Source: an uncultured candidate division Zixibacteria bacterium (GTDB taxonomy: Bacteria > Zixibacteria > MSB-5A5 > UBA10806). From it: a DNA stretch of 64,000 nucleotides. Under the pieces are notes generated by a model. It was not told the origin of the DNA, searched no databases, and saw nothing but the letters and a program-made list of their open reading frames with translations. Shown here piece after piece: positions 30,501 through 41,111 of this stretch (positions are counted from its first letter, which is position 1; each line of letters starts with the position of its first letter). The translations under genes and the position numbers were made by a program. The stretch is from the NCBI GenBank assembly GCA_963801605.1, contig CAWDFP010000006.1, forward strand, positions 1,696,001 through 1,760,000. The letters are read 5' to 3'.

Positions 30501-31283
30501 ATGCATGATCCGTTCATTTTGGCATTTGTACTGCTTTTTGGCCTCGCATTTGGCAGCTTTTTCAATGTCCTGATTTACCGCCTGCCTCATGGTAAATCGC
30601 TTCTTAAGCCGCCATCGCATTGCCCTAAATGCAATCACCTGATAAAATTCTATGATAATATCCCCATTCTATCGTTTCTCATTCTGCGGGGACGATGCCG
30701 CTATTGTAAAACCAAAATCTCCTGGCGCTACCCTCTGGTGGAGACGCTTACCGGTGTCCTGACAGTGATTGCAATCTACCATTTCGGTTTCACTATCAGA
30801 GGTTTGGAGGCAACCCTCCTTTCGCTTCTTTTTGTCCCGGTGTTCTTCATCGATCTCGAACATTGGATAATCCCGGATTCGCTCGATTTACCCTGGATTC
30901 CGGTTGGCCTGGCGCTGGGATTCGTCTCGGGCGCTTTCGTTGGATGGAAAGGCGCTCTGGTCGGCGCAATTGTGGGCGGCGGAGCTTTCTTTCTGATAAT
31001 GTGGTTTGGCAAAATTGCATTTAAGAAAGAGGCTATGGGCTTTGGGGATGTTAAATTTGCGGCCATGCTGGGATCATTCCTCGGGGCGCTGAATCTGCTC
31101 CTGATAATGGTGATGGCCTCATTCCTGGGTTCGGTAATCGGGCTGGCAATTATGACCTCAACGCGGAAAGAGGGGAAGAGCTCCTACGTGCCGTTTGGAC
31201 CTTTTCTCGTTTTGGCCGCTTTGATTACGATTTATTGCGGCGATTGGATCATTAACGCTTATCGAAATTTTGTCAATCTGTAA
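30501..31283 (+). CDS. pilD: Prepilin peptidase / N-methyltransferase
   Basis: GSFFNVLIYRLP, CPKC and CRYC Zn motifs, IDLEH, MGFGDVKF and PFGPFL. Confidence 0.95.
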   Translation: MHDPFILAFVLLFGLAFGSFFNVLIYRLPHGKSLLKPPSHCPKCNHLIKFYDNIPILSFLILRGRCRYCKTKISWRYPLVETLTGVLTVIAIYHFGFTIRGLEATLLSLLFVPVFFIDLEHWIIPDSLDLPWIPVGLALGFVSGAFVGWKGALVGAIVGGGAFFLIMWFGKIAFKKEAMGFGDVKFAAMLGSFLGALNLLLIMVMASFLGSVIGLAIMTSTRKEGKSSYVPFGPFLVLAALITIYCGDWIINAYRNFVNL

Positions 31284-31321
31284 ACGCTTCAATCTACTCC
31301 CTTTTTGCCGATAATTATTAT

Positions 31322-33112
31322 GTGAAGAAAAGATATGACACTTATGAAGTCGAGATTATCCTTTCGCTCGGCTTTCTTATCCTCTTTTTAATTTCGATAA
31401 ATTTTATATCGGGCTATTCCTTCGAAAAAGCCCGGCAGGAGCAGAAAGCTCAATTTCAGACTCAGATGAATCTGTCTGCCGATTATGCCCGCGAACTTGT
31501 CCAGCGGGAAATTCCAAAGCTAAAATATAATTACAAAATAAAAGGGGACCGCCTGGGAGCAGTTGCTCTTCTTACGGGTGTCACCAATATCGCCTTATTC
31601 GATACCCTCAATAAAAACATCGTATCCATTGGCAATAGCACCGAACCCGGCGTCGACGCCGTTCAAAGGCCCCTGTTTTACTCAAACAACGAAAAGCTGG
31701 GCTATTTGATCGTGTCCTCGCCCAATACATTGGGGGAGGAGCTTGCGAGACTTGCTCGCTGGGATATCCTGTTCCGAGTGGCCGGGCTGTTCTCCGCCCT
31801 GATCATGGCGGCTTATTTCCTGCGCGCCATATTGCTTCCGTACCGACGAATCAAGCGCGAAGCCCTGGATTACAATTTCGATCTTCGCGAAGCTGGAGGC
31901 AAAACCGGAATTGAGTATATCGTCAGTACCTTCAAAGAGGTCATTACCGAGCTCGAGGAAAATAAAAGCGCGCTCGAAAATATGTATCAGAACTCCGAAA
32001 AACGCGCCGATTCGCTGGCGCGATATAATGAATATATCCTGGGCTCTATTACTTCGGGCGTGGTAATCTGCGATTCCGGCGGTATTGTAACCCGCTTTAA
32101 TCCATCGGCGCAGACTATCCTGCAATACCTGGAACGAGATTGCCGCGGACGGCATTATCGTGAGGTTTTCGGCAATGAGCATAAGCTGGTCAGCCTGCTT
32201 GACGATGCGCTTTTGTATAAGAAAGTTCATTCACGATTGGAATTTGAAATCAGATGTCCCGATGGCAAAAAGCTGTGGTTGGGATGTTCATCATCGCTGA
32301 TAAATGACGAGAAAGGGGAGGGCATGGGGGCAGCCCTCCTCCTGATCGATCTTACTGAAATTCGGCGATTACAGGATGTTTCATCATATACCGAAAAGAT
32401 GGTAATCCTTGGTGAAACGGCAGCCGGGTTGGCGCACGAGGTGCGAAATTCGTTTGCGGCCATTATGGGGTTTGCCAATTTACTGCGAAAATCGGTAAAA
32501 GTTGATGATAAGGCAGTGAAGTTGGCGGACGCTATCAAAGATGAATCGATGGCCGCTGAATCGTTGATGTCTCGTTTTTTGAGCTTCGCCCGACCCTTGA
32601 ATCTCAATCCTGAGACGCTCGATATTCATTATTTAGTCGAGACAATCCTCGAAAACTTTTCTCATTCCAATCTTGGCAAAGTTAAAATTTCAAATATTAT
32701 TGAAAGCGGCCTGCCTTCTATTCAGGGCGATAGGATGCTGTTACGGCAAGCTCTGCTTAATCTCATTATTAACGCTTGTGATGCCATGCCCGATGGGGGA
32801 GAGGTTTTACTTCGGGCCGGTCTTGAAAGACAAGATACGATTTCGACTATTTACATTTCAGTAACGGATAATGGTGAGGGTATTAATCCTGAATTAGTCG
32901 GTAAAATATTCGAGCCGTTCATTACTGGTAAGCCTGATGGTACCGGGCTTGGTTTATCGCTGGTAAAAAAGATAGTTGTCATGCATGGGGGCAGAATCGA
33001 AGTCCACAGCCGGCCTCATAAAGGCGCCAGATTTACTATCTATTTGCCCGTAATTCAGGATTTTGACAACAAAAACGAAAGTAAAAATTACCTTACCGCA
33101 CAACCCGCATAG
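31322..33112 (+). CDS. Membrane PAS sensor histidine kinase (NtrB/PilS-like)
   Basis: Two TM helices, PAS domain, H-box LAHEVRNS, N-box NLIINA, DNGEGI, FEPFIT and GTGLGL. No response regulator is adjacent. Confidence 0.9.
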   Translation: MKKRYDTYEVEIILSLGFLILFLISINFISGYSFEKARQEQKAQFQTQMNLSADYARELVQREIPKLKYNYKIKGDRLGAVALLTGVTNIALFDTLNKNIVSIGNSTEPGVDAVQRPLFYSNNEKLGYLIVSSPNTLGEELARLARWDILFRVAGLFSALIMAAYFLRAILLPYRRIKREALDYNFDLREAGGKTGIEYIVSTFKEVITELEENKSALENMYQNSEKRADSLARYNEYILGSITSGVVICDSGGIVTRFNPSAQTILQYLERDCRGRHYREVFGNEHKLVSLLDDALLYKKVHSRLEFEIRCPDGKKLWLGCSSSLINDEKGEGMGAALLLIDLTEIRRLQDVSSYTEKMVILGETAAGLAHEVRNSFAAIMGFANLLRKSVKVDDKAVKLADAIKDESMAAESLMSRFLSFARPLNLNPETLDIHYLVETILENFSHSNLGKVKISNIIESGLPSIQGDRMLLRQALLNLIINACDAMPDGGEVLLRAGLERQDTISTIYISVTDNGEGINPELVGKIFEPFITGKPDGTGLGLSLVKKIVVMHGGRIEVHSRPHKGARFTIYLPVIQDFDNKNESKNYLTAQPA

Positions 33113-33202
33113 ATAAGTTACCAGAGGCGTAGGGAATTTTATTAAGGATGCTCAGGGTGTTGCCTCAATTAAGACCCTGGCGTTATTAACAACCCCGTTT
33201 CA

Positions 33203-34564
33203 TTACGCCCCGCTTACGGTCATGCTGGCGACTCTATAAGTTGGCGATGCTACCGCCCCCATGAATATTAAATCATTCCCGATCATATCGATATTCTTGA
33301 GTACTTCCAGCATATTGGCCGCTACCGTAATCCCCTCGACTGGATAGGCAAGCCTGCCGTTTTCTATCCATAGGCCTGCTCCGCCCAGAGAGAAATCTCC
33401 GGTAACAACATTTGCCCCGAATCCCATCAGGCTAGTCAGATACAAACCATTCTTAACAGAGCCGATAATCTCATCGAATGTCGAGTCTCCGGGCTGAAGG
33501 TAGAAATTTAGAGGTCCTATTGAAGGTAGTGACGAGTATTCGCGACGGGCATTTCCTGTGGATTTAGTTTTGGCTTTTCGCGCCGTGTAGGTATCATACA
33601 AGTAACTTTGTAAAACTCCCTTTGATATAATTTCCTTGCGATTGGTAGGCGCTCCTTCACCGTCAAAAGGCGACGTCGCCAGGCCTTTGGGCATGAGGCC
33701 ATCATCCAATATGGTAACCATATTTGAGGCTACCTGCTTGCCAAGCATATTTACAAGAAAAGAACCGCCCTTGAAAATGGCATCTCCATCGACCGCGCCA
33801 ACGATATTACCCAGAATGGCCGCTCCGGTGATATTATCGAATACAACCGGTACTACCGATGTTGGAGGCACTCGCGCACCGAGCATCCGTACCACTCGTT
33901 CGGCGGCGATTCTGGCTACCTCCTGAGGCGCATCCAAATCTCTTAAAAACCTCTTGGTCGATTGCCAGCCGTTTGATTGAAGCTTACCATTTTCCTCTGC
34001 TACCGGATTAACCGATAAATGACAAAATGTAGATTTGGCCGAATAACTTCCTCCGGCCGTATTGGCTATAACCACAATCCCCTGGCCATCGAAAAAGCCG
34101 GCTCCCTCGGAATTAGTAATTCGTTTATCATATTCAAACATGGTGCGCTCGGCTTGCAGGCAAAAATCAATTTTCTTTTGTGCCGGAATTTCTTCGATTG
34201 AGGGATCGTATATTTCCAATTTGGCGTCATTGTTTATTGTTTTTAAATCCGGAATTCCGTTGTATTCATCCTCGGATGATTCTTTCGCAAGCGAGATCGC
34301 CTGTTCGACCGCTAATTTTACAGCGCCCGGGGAGAAATCGGAACTGTGGCTGAATCCAAGTTTTCCGTTCTTGAATACTCTTAAACCGAAACCCTGAGAT
34401 ATTGATTCCTTCAGGTTTTCGATCTTTTCCATCCTCGAGGTGATCTCGGATTCTCTGCCTATCTCGATATAAGCATCAGCCTCATCGGCGCCGGCTCGCC
34501 TGGCGGCATCAATAATGTTACCGGCAAACTCCTCTAATTCATTTTGACTTAATTGTCGTTCCAT
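33203..34564 (-). CDS. pmbA: TldE/PmbA family protein
   Basis: FDGEG, TGNA, 'N.VTGDFSLG..G.WIENG.LAYPV' and no HExxGH motif. Confidence 0.92.
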   Translation of the reverse strand: MERQLSQNELEEFAGNIIDAARRAGADEADAYIEIGRESEITSRMEKIENLKESISQGFGLRVFKNGKLGFSHSSDFSPGAVKLAVEQAISLAKESSEDEYNGIPDLKTINNDAKLEIYDPSIEEIPAQKKIDFCLQAERTMFEYDKRITNSEGAGFFDGQGIVVIANTAGGSYSAKSTFCHLSVNPVAEENGKLQSNGWQSTKRFLRDLDAPQEVARIAAERVVRMLGARVPPTSVVPVVFDNITGAAILGNIVGAVDGDAIFKGGSFLVNMLGKQVASNMVTILDDGLMPKGLATSPFDGEGAPTNRKEIISKGVLQSYLYDTYTARKAKTKSTGNARREYSSLPSIGPLNFYLQPGDSTFDEIIGSVKNGLYLTSLMGFGANVVTGDFSLGGAGLWIENGRLAYPVEGITVAANMLEVLKNIDMIGNDLIFMGAVASPTYRVASMTVSGA

Positions 34565-34576
34565 TATTATTCGCTC

Positions 34577-36046
34577 CTATACCCTGGTCCCGCCCACAGT
34601 CATTTCCGAAATCTTGCAGGTCGGCATTCCCACCCCGACCGGCACTCCCTGATTATCCTTGCCGCATGTCCCCACGCCGGTGTCATATTCGAGATCGCTT
34701 CCGACCATGACCACTCTTTGCAATATCTCCGGTCCCGAACCGATCAGGGTGGCTCCCTTGACTGGATAAGTGATGTGCCCATCCTCGATCATATATCCTT
34801 CGGTAACCTGGAAAATGAACTGGCCATTCGATATATCAACCTGGCCGCCGCCGAAACTTTTGGCGTAGAAACCGCGTTTGACCGATTTCATTATCTCCTC
34901 GGGATCATATTCGCCAGCGGTCATAAAGGTGTTAGTCATCCTGGGCACCGGATTATGCTGATATGATTCACGTCGACCGGAGCCTGTTGATTTCATTCCT
35001 AAAAGCCTGCCATTGAGCTTATCGACCATATATCCCTTGAGGATTCCCTTTTCGATCAGCACTTTTCTCGCCGCCGGTTCACCTTCGTCATCCATATTGA
35101 TCGAACCGCGCAGATTGGGAATAGTGCCATCATCAACCACCGTGACCAATTCCGAGGCCACTTTCTGGCCGATCTTGCCCGAGTATAGCGATGTTCCCTT
35201 GCGGTTGAAATCAGCTTCCAGACCGTGTCCGACTGATTCATGCAGCAGCACTCCGGCCCAGCCGTTTCCCAATACCACAGTTTGCGGCCCGGCAGGAGCC
35301 TCGCGCGCTTCAAGCATGACTACACCGGTCCTAACCGCCTCTTTGGCGAATATCTCCGGAGTCATTTTGTCAAAATATTCAAATCCGATTCGCCCGCCTC
35401 CGCCGTGATGCCCCATTTGACGGTTTTCGTTTTCCCGAACCAATGCCATCACGTTAAGCTTGAGCATGATTCGCTGGTCAGCGGTAAACAGCCCGTCCGA
35501 ATTGGCTATTACAACGATCTTCATCGAGTCCCACAGGGATGCTTCCACCTGATATACTCTTTTATCCTCATCGAATGCTGCAGTGTTGGCTCGCCGGAGT
35601 AGATCGGATTTTTGTTTGACCTCGATTTCATCCGGATATACTTTCACGGGCGAATAGATCGGAGTATTAACAATATGTGGTTCCAGGCGGTTTACGCTCG
35701 ATGAAGGTGAATGATCGGCTATGAGCGACGCTGTACTGGCAGCGTGCAATAGACTGGGCATGTCAAAACGCTCCGAATAAGCATATCCTGTTTTTTCGCC
35801 GCTAATCACCCTGATTCCAATACCCTGCATAATGCCCGATTGGGCTTGACGGATTTTATTTTCCTCAAGCGATAAGCCGTTAATTACGGCATATTCGGCA
35901 TAGATTTCCGCAAACTCGCCACCGCGGCTTTGCGCCTGGTCTATGATTTTTTTAATATTATCGATTGATAAAATATCGGTTATGGCGTCGTATCCGGGCT
36001 TTACCATTTTAGCCACCGGAGTTTTAATCAAGGATTCATTTATCAT
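34577..36046 (-). CDS. tldD: TldD metalloprotease
   Basis: LLHESVGHGLEADFNRKG, DDEG, TG.GRRESY...P.PRMTNT and CGK..Q.VPVG.GMPT. Confidence 0.95.
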   Translation of the reverse strand: MINESLIKTPVAKMVKPGYDAITDILSIDNIKKIIDQAQSRGGEFAEIYAEYAVINGLSLEENKIRQAQSGIMQGIGIRVISGEKTGYAYSERFDMPSLLHAASTASLIADHSPSSSVNRLEPHIVNTPIYSPVKVYPDEIEVKQKSDLLRRANTAAFDEDKRVYQVEASLWDSMKIVVIANSDGLFTADQRIMLKLNVMALVRENENRQMGHHGGGGRIGFEYFDKMTPEIFAKEAVRTGVVMLEAREAPAGPQTVVLGNGWAGVLLHESVGHGLEADFNRKGTSLYSGKIGQKVASELVTVVDDGTIPNLRGSINMDDEGEPAARKVLIEKGILKGYMVDKLNGRLLGMKSTGSGRRESYQHNPVPRMTNTFMTAGEYDPEEIMKSVKRGFYAKSFGGGQVDISNGQFIFQVTEGYMIEDGHITYPVKGATLIGSGPEILQRVVMVGSDLEYDTGVGTCGKDNQGVPVGVGMPTCKISEMTVGGTRV

Positions 36047-36362
36047 TCTTTTATTCCTGTTATAATTTCCTTAGGATTTTCGATATGTTAATAGAACTAT
36101 TATTTTCCATAAAAGTTTGGCGAATATTTCATTTTTTCCAAGATAATGCCTCGATTCTTTTATGTCCAGCCACTTTATATTGACGGGGATAGCTCTGTTA
36201 ATCAATTTTAGTTTCCTAATAACAGTAAAGCTTAGACTAAAGTATTTTATTCAAATAAAAGGCGACGCCCGAAAATATTATAATTCGAACGCCGCCTAAT
36301 TAAATTACTTTGGTATTCTAAACGGAAAATTCCCACAAACCGTCGATCATCAGGCAGTGGGT

Positions 36363-36944
36363 TTATTTGGTTACTACCACCTTGCCGACCACATATTTCG
36401 GTTTCCAGGAATGATATCCGTCGATTGAACCGAAATACATATCGCCCTGAAGCGGATCCTTGGTCATTTCAAATATATAATAACCGGGTTTGGCGTCTGG
36501 TTTAACCGTAAGATATAACCTGGCAATTTCCAATGGTTCCTTGGGGCTGACGAGAGCCGGTTTTTCTGCGCCGGTCAAAGTATAAATGCCTGCAAAAGAA
36601 ACAAATCCCGTATCGGTCTTTTTATTGGTAAACTTCTCATCCCATTTAAGCAGCGTATTTTTAAATTTCACCGAATCGATCTGAATAACATTCCTGTCGT
36701 ATAAAAACGGAATACAAAAGCTTCCGACTCCAACCCATGATCTGTTATTAAATGAGGTAGTATCGTCAATAAGCACACGCAAGGCCATGTCGACATTTTG
36801 GCCGGGCTTGGCTTGCACCGAGTCGAGGACAACCATATCGGGTTTACCGGGATCGATTAGCTTCTGCGAATCTTCGATGGCCTGAGCGTTGAGCCAGGTG
36901 ATGGCGCATAGGGCCGTTAGGACGATTATAAGTCTCGTCTTCAT
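36363..36944 (-). CDS. Secreted protein with a cohesin-like beta-sandwich
   Basis: Signal peptide, 'DPG.PD.V.LDSV.A.PGQ.V.....I..D', 'IP..YD...IQIDSV.F' and 'IA.LY.TV...A.PG'. Confidence 0.55.
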   Translation of the reverse strand: MKTRLIIVLTALCAITWLNAQAIEDSQKLIDPGKPDMVVLDSVQAKPGQNVDMALRVLIDDTTSFNNRSWVGVGSFCIPFLYDRNVIQIDSVKFKNTLLKWDEKFTNKKTDTGFVSFAGIYTLTGAEKPALVSPKEPLEIARLYLTVKPDAKPGYYIFEMTKDPLQGDMYFGSIDGYHSWKPKYVVGKVVVTK

Positions 36945-37708
36945 TTTATTATGACCGCCTTCCAGGGTATAGTGAATCGTGAACCGGTAATATTACCAGC
37001 TTCTAATGTTATCGATTGATTTATTTCGCCCGGCTTTGCCTGCGGAACCAAATCGAGCACCAACTCCGTCGTGCCCTCAGGAGTAAGAGTTGTTTTGGCG
37101 AGAGTTGCCTTAACTATTGTGGGGGCTGATTCCTCCACGATCGCAAGATTTGCCTTGGCTTTATCGGTGTTGGTGATAATGATTTTAACCTGTGCCGAGG
37201 CTCCGGCTTTTACATTTCCAAAATCCGCGGCTGTGGGGGCCGGTATGATGGTTTGAAGAGGGTTATTAATTATGGCCGAAAATATGAGTTTAAGATAAGG
37301 CTTAATGGGATCGCTGCTGTCTACAAAAATCTGCTTGGTAACTCGTCCGTTAAAATTCTTGGTATTGAATGTTGCCATGATATCGGCAGTCGCTCCGGGA
37401 GTAACAATGCTATCGGAAAGAGGGGCAGTGGTACAGCCACAGGTCGGCTTGACATTGGTGATCATGAGCGGATCTGTACCGGTATTTTTGAATTTAAATG
37501 AATGAAGTACAATCGCGCCCCGAGGAATTGAGCCAAAATCCCAGGTATCTGCTAGAAATTCGATCCTGGCTTTGGAGGCGGGATTAACTTTTATAACCGC
37601 CGCGTCATTTTTTCTGGACGTATCCGGGGCGGCAGTATCGACTGCCAGACATTGTGTCGAAAAGCCCAATATAGAGGCCAGAATAATAATCCTGGAAAAC
37701 TTAGGCAT
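36941..37708 (-). CDS. DUF1573 domain secreted protein
   Basis: 'WDFG.I......H.F.F.N.G..PL.I..V.PTCGCT' signature. Confidence 0.85.
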   Translation of the reverse strand: MPKFSRIIILASILGFSTQCLAVDTAAPDTSRKNDAAVIKVNPASKARIEFLADTWDFGSIPRGAIVLHSFKFKNTGTDPLMITNVKPTCGCTTAPLSDSIVTPGATADIMATFNTKNFNGRVTKQIFVDSSDPIKPYLKLIFSAIINNPLQTIIPAPTAADFGNVKAGASAQVKIIITNTDKAKANLAIVEESAPTIVKATLAKTTLTPEGTTELVLDLVPQAKPGEINQSITLEAGNITGSRFTIPWKAVIIK

Positions 37709-37750
37709 CTCTACGGCTCCTTTCATATAAGAAAATTAAAATATTTCCCA

Positions 37751-38746
37751 TTAACATTCTAAATATCCCATTTTACGCATCCAGGAATCGTTATAAATCT
37801 TGGAAAGGTAACGGTTACCGGAATCGGCCAGGATAATTACGGGATGCTTGAATTGAGGATTGTTATTTAAAACTTCGCGAGCAGCAGCCAGCACCGCTCC
37901 CGATGATCCACCGCAGAAAATACCCTCGGTTTTGGCCATTTCCCTGGTGGTCAGGAACGCCTCTTTATCGCTGATTTGAATAAATCTGTCCACAACACTG
38001 AAATCCATGGCGCCTACCAGTTTGTCACTTCCAATTCCTTCGACCTCATAATGCTCGGCAATCGGGATTTTGCCGGTCTCAAAATATGATGTGAAAATCG
38101 AACCCTCTGAATCAACGGCCACAATTTCGATATTGGGATTGCGCTCCTTGAGGAATCGTCCCACGCCCGAAATCGTGCCGCCCGTTCCCGCTCCCGCGAA
38201 AAAGCAATCGACCAGCCCGTCGGTTTGCTCCCAGATTTCAGGGCCGGTTACATTGTAATGGCAGTCGATATTGGCGGGATTGTTGTATTGATCGAGATAG
38301 ATCGAATCCGGTATCTGCGAGGCCAACCGTTCAGCGGTTTTATAATTCGACGATGGATCGTCCGGCCTGGCGGTGTGCGGCGTCAGGATAAGTTCGGCTC
38401 CGAACGCTTTCATCATATCCTGTTTTTCCTGGGAGTTTTTATCGCTCATCACTATCACCGCTTTATAGCCCCTGGTGGCACAAATCCATGAAACAGCAAT
38501 TCCCGTATTGCCCGATGTTACCTCGATTACCGTCCCCTTGGGCTTGAGCCGCCCGTCGCGCTCCGCAGCATCGATTAGCGATTGCGCTAATCTATCCTTA
38601 ATTGACCCGCCAGGATTATACATCTCAGCTTTGGCGAGGATAGTGCAGGGGAGACCATGCGAACTTTTTACCAATGGTAATAGCGGCGTGTGCCCAATTC
38701 GCATCTTATTTGTCATGACAGGTAATGTCGTTTGCCGGACCAGCAT
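37751..38746 (-). CDS. PLP-dependent cysteine synthase / cystathionine beta-synthase family enzyme
   Basis: NPGGSIKDR (PLP Lys), TSGNTG, QYNNPAN, GTGGT, EGIG, GGSSG and DSGNRYLSK. Confidence 0.9.
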   Translation of the reverse strand: MLVRQTTLPVMTNKMRIGHTPLLPLVKSSHGLPCTILAKAEMYNPGGSIKDRLAQSLIDAAERDGRLKPKGTVIEVTSGNTGIAVSWICATRGYKAVIVMSDKNSQEKQDMMKAFGAELILTPHTARPDDPSSNYKTAERLASQIPDSIYLDQYNNPANIDCHYNVTGPEIWEQTDGLVDCFFAGAGTGGTISGVGRFLKERNPNIEIVAVDSEGSIFTSYFETGKIPIAEHYEVEGIGSDKLVGAMDFSVVDRFIQISDKEAFLTTREMAKTEGIFCGGSSGAVLAAAREVLNNNPQFKHPVIILADSGNRYLSKIYNDSWMRKMGYLEC

Positions 38747-38934
38747 CTCTTTAACTTATACCCCTTTGTCGATTGGATTGTTCATGTTATTTCAAAGTAG
38801 CAGCTAACCTGTTAAATGTCAATCAAATAACGTATTTGTCGACTCTAATATTCCGATATTAAAACTCGTTTTTTTCCTAAGTGTTAAAGCGATTTTCATT
38901 AAAATGATTGGCTCTTCGTTGATTATCGGGATTA

Positions 38935-40371
38935 TCAGATGATTCTAAAGTAGTCAACCAAAGTACATCGTCGGGGCCTGGTAAAGGTTCGCGCCCGTGT
39001 CAAGCCCTCGCCAGTAGTTCCGGCAATTGAAAATGAGCAGAACCCTTCGGCGTTCATTCCCAAACCGGCCATCGACGGCCCATTCTTTACGAATATATTA
39101 CCATTACACAGCTGTGCCATTTTGGAAAGGTTGGCAATATTAGTGGAATGCATTACAAATGTATGTTCAAACTTATGTTCCACGGTAATCGCCAGCCCCA
39201 TAGCATCATCAACATTTTTACAACGTACTACGGGATGGACCGGCATAAGTTGCTCAGCCATGACAAGGGGATGATCCCATTCGGCCTCGAAAAAGAGAAG
39301 CCTGGTATTCATGGGAACGCTTATTCCGGCAGCATGAGCGATACTGACCGCGCTCTTGCCGACAAAATCCCTGCACAGTCTGGGATATCTGATCCCTTTT
39401 TTAGTGGAATCATCTACGACGATCATCGAGATAATTTTCCGAAGCTCGGCCTCTTTCAACAAATATCCGCCCGCTGATGCCATCTCTCCCAGGAGTTGAT
39501 TGAAAATCTTATCTACCGCAAAGGTTTCTTTTTCGGCGGTACAGAGGACATTGTTATCGAAACTTGCCCCGTAGATTATATTGTCGGCGGCTTTCTTGAT
39601 ATCGGCAGTTTCATCGACTACCACGGGCGGATTGCCAGGCCCCGCACAAATGGCACGCGCGCCGGATGTCATCGCCATGCGAACCACTTCGCCTCCGCCG
39701 GTGACCACCAACAGATCGATATCTCGGTGCTTCATGAGCGCCGTGGCGGTATCTTTGGATGGGTCCTTTATGGCCGTGATGAGATTGGCCGGCCCTCCGG
39801 CTGAAATTACAGCGTCATTTAGAATTTCAGCCGTGCGGTTGGTAACCCCTTTGGCCCCGGGATGAGCGTTGATAAGTATGGCGTTGCCAGCGGAGATTAT
39901 GCTGATAGCGTTATTGACAGCCGTGGCAGCCGGATTTGTCGATGGTGTAATCGAGCCGACGACTCCATAGGGAGCAGGTTCGGTGATTGTGAGGCCGTGA
40001 TCGCCGCTCCAGGCCTCGGTGGTGATATCATCCGGCCCCGGCGTTTTGCGCGCCGCCAGATCGATTTTTAGCCTCTTGTCGGGCATTTTGCCAAGCCCGG
40101 TCTCAGCCACTGCCATTTGTCCGAGACCCTCGGCGTAACGAACCGCCGCCGCGCGCATCGCCTCAACAATTATCTTACGCGCTTCGAGGCCCAGATCCAG
40201 TAGTTGCTGCTGCGCCTTACGGGCCGCCCCGGCCGCTTCATCAATGGTTTCGTAAAGGCAGGATGGAGCGCTCAGTTTTGGCGCAGATTCAGTAATATCA
40301 GGCTTGTCATATCCAAGCTCACGCATTATCTGGCTTACGGTGCGTTCGATATTTTCCGGCGAAATTTCCAA
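38935..40371 (-). CDS. eutE: Acylating aldehyde dehydrogenase (EutE/PduP family) with N-terminal encapsulation-peptide-like helix
   Basis: ITPSTNP, TGGGEVV, AGPGNPPVVVDETAD, SFDNNVLCTAEK (catalytic Cys), EQLMP and TTGEGLT..RTF.R.RRC. Confidence 0.88.
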   Translation of the reverse strand: MEISPENIERTVSQIMRELGYDKPDITESAPKLSAPSCLYETIDEAAGAARKAQQQLLDLGLEARKIIVEAMRAAAVRYAEGLGQMAVAETGLGKMPDKRLKIDLAARKTPGPDDITTEAWSGDHGLTITEPAPYGVVGSITPSTNPAATAVNNAISIISAGNAILINAHPGAKGVTNRTAEILNDAVISAGGPANLITAIKDPSKDTATALMKHRDIDLLVVTGGGEVVRMAMTSGARAICAGPGNPPVVVDETADIKKAADNIIYGASFDNNVLCTAEKETFAVDKIFNQLLGEMASAGGYLLKEAELRKIISMIVVDDSTKKGIRYPRLCRDFVGKSAVSIAHAAGISVPMNTRLLFFEAEWDHPLVMAEQLMPVHPVVRCKNVDDAMGLAITVEHKFEHTFVMHSTNIANLSKMAQLCNGNIFVKNGPSMAGLGMNAEGFCSFSIAGTTGEGLTRARTFTRPRRCTLVDYFRII

Positions 40372-40489
40372 AAAATCTCCAGTTACAAATTGCCCAATCT
40401 CAATAAAAACTCATTCTCGTTACGGGCATAAACATGTTTTCCTCGCTCAAATTGGCAAGGGAATCATGTTATCGAAAATGAATCCCCGA

Positions 40490-40781
40490 TTACTTCTCTT
40501 CCGACGGCAGTTTGGTAGGGAAGATATCGTGAACATTGGAATGCGGGCGCGGGATGACATGGACGCTCACCAACTCGCCTACTTTCTGAGCGGCAGCGGC
40601 GCCGGCTTCGGTGGCAGCCTTACAGGCGGCAACATCGCCACGTACTAACGCCGTTACATAACCGCCTCCAATTTTCTCATAACCTACCAAGGTCACCTTG
40701 GCGGCCTTAACCATGGCATCGGATGCCTCAATTAAGTGCGATCAGTCCTTTAGTTTCTATCATACCCAATGCTTCCATCAT
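40490..40781 (-). CDS. BMC-H microcompartment shell protein (EutM/PduA-like), one +1 indel at ~40731
   Basis: Removing one A gives [29 protein letters not shown]...[10 protein letters not shown]...[16 protein letters not shown]. Confidence 0.9.
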
Positions 40782-41111
40782 CACTCTCCTAATTAGTGGT
40801 GGCAATTTTTGCCGATTCTATAATATCTCCAAGGTTTTGTCAAATGGTAATTTGAGGGAAAATCTGGAGTTACCTTCATTTCGGCAGGAAGCAGGTTGTT
40901 ATGAATTTTCGGATAATCAAAGGTCATTACTAATAATATCTATAATATTAAGACGGTAACCCCATATATTCTATTAATCACATTAATAAACTCGCTGAAA
41001 ATCAATAATTGTAAAAGCTTCCTTAATAAACCAATATACAAACGGCGCTAAAAAAGATATTGATAATCCACTTGAAATTGTGTTATACATTAGAATTAAA
41101 CTCGGAGGCTT

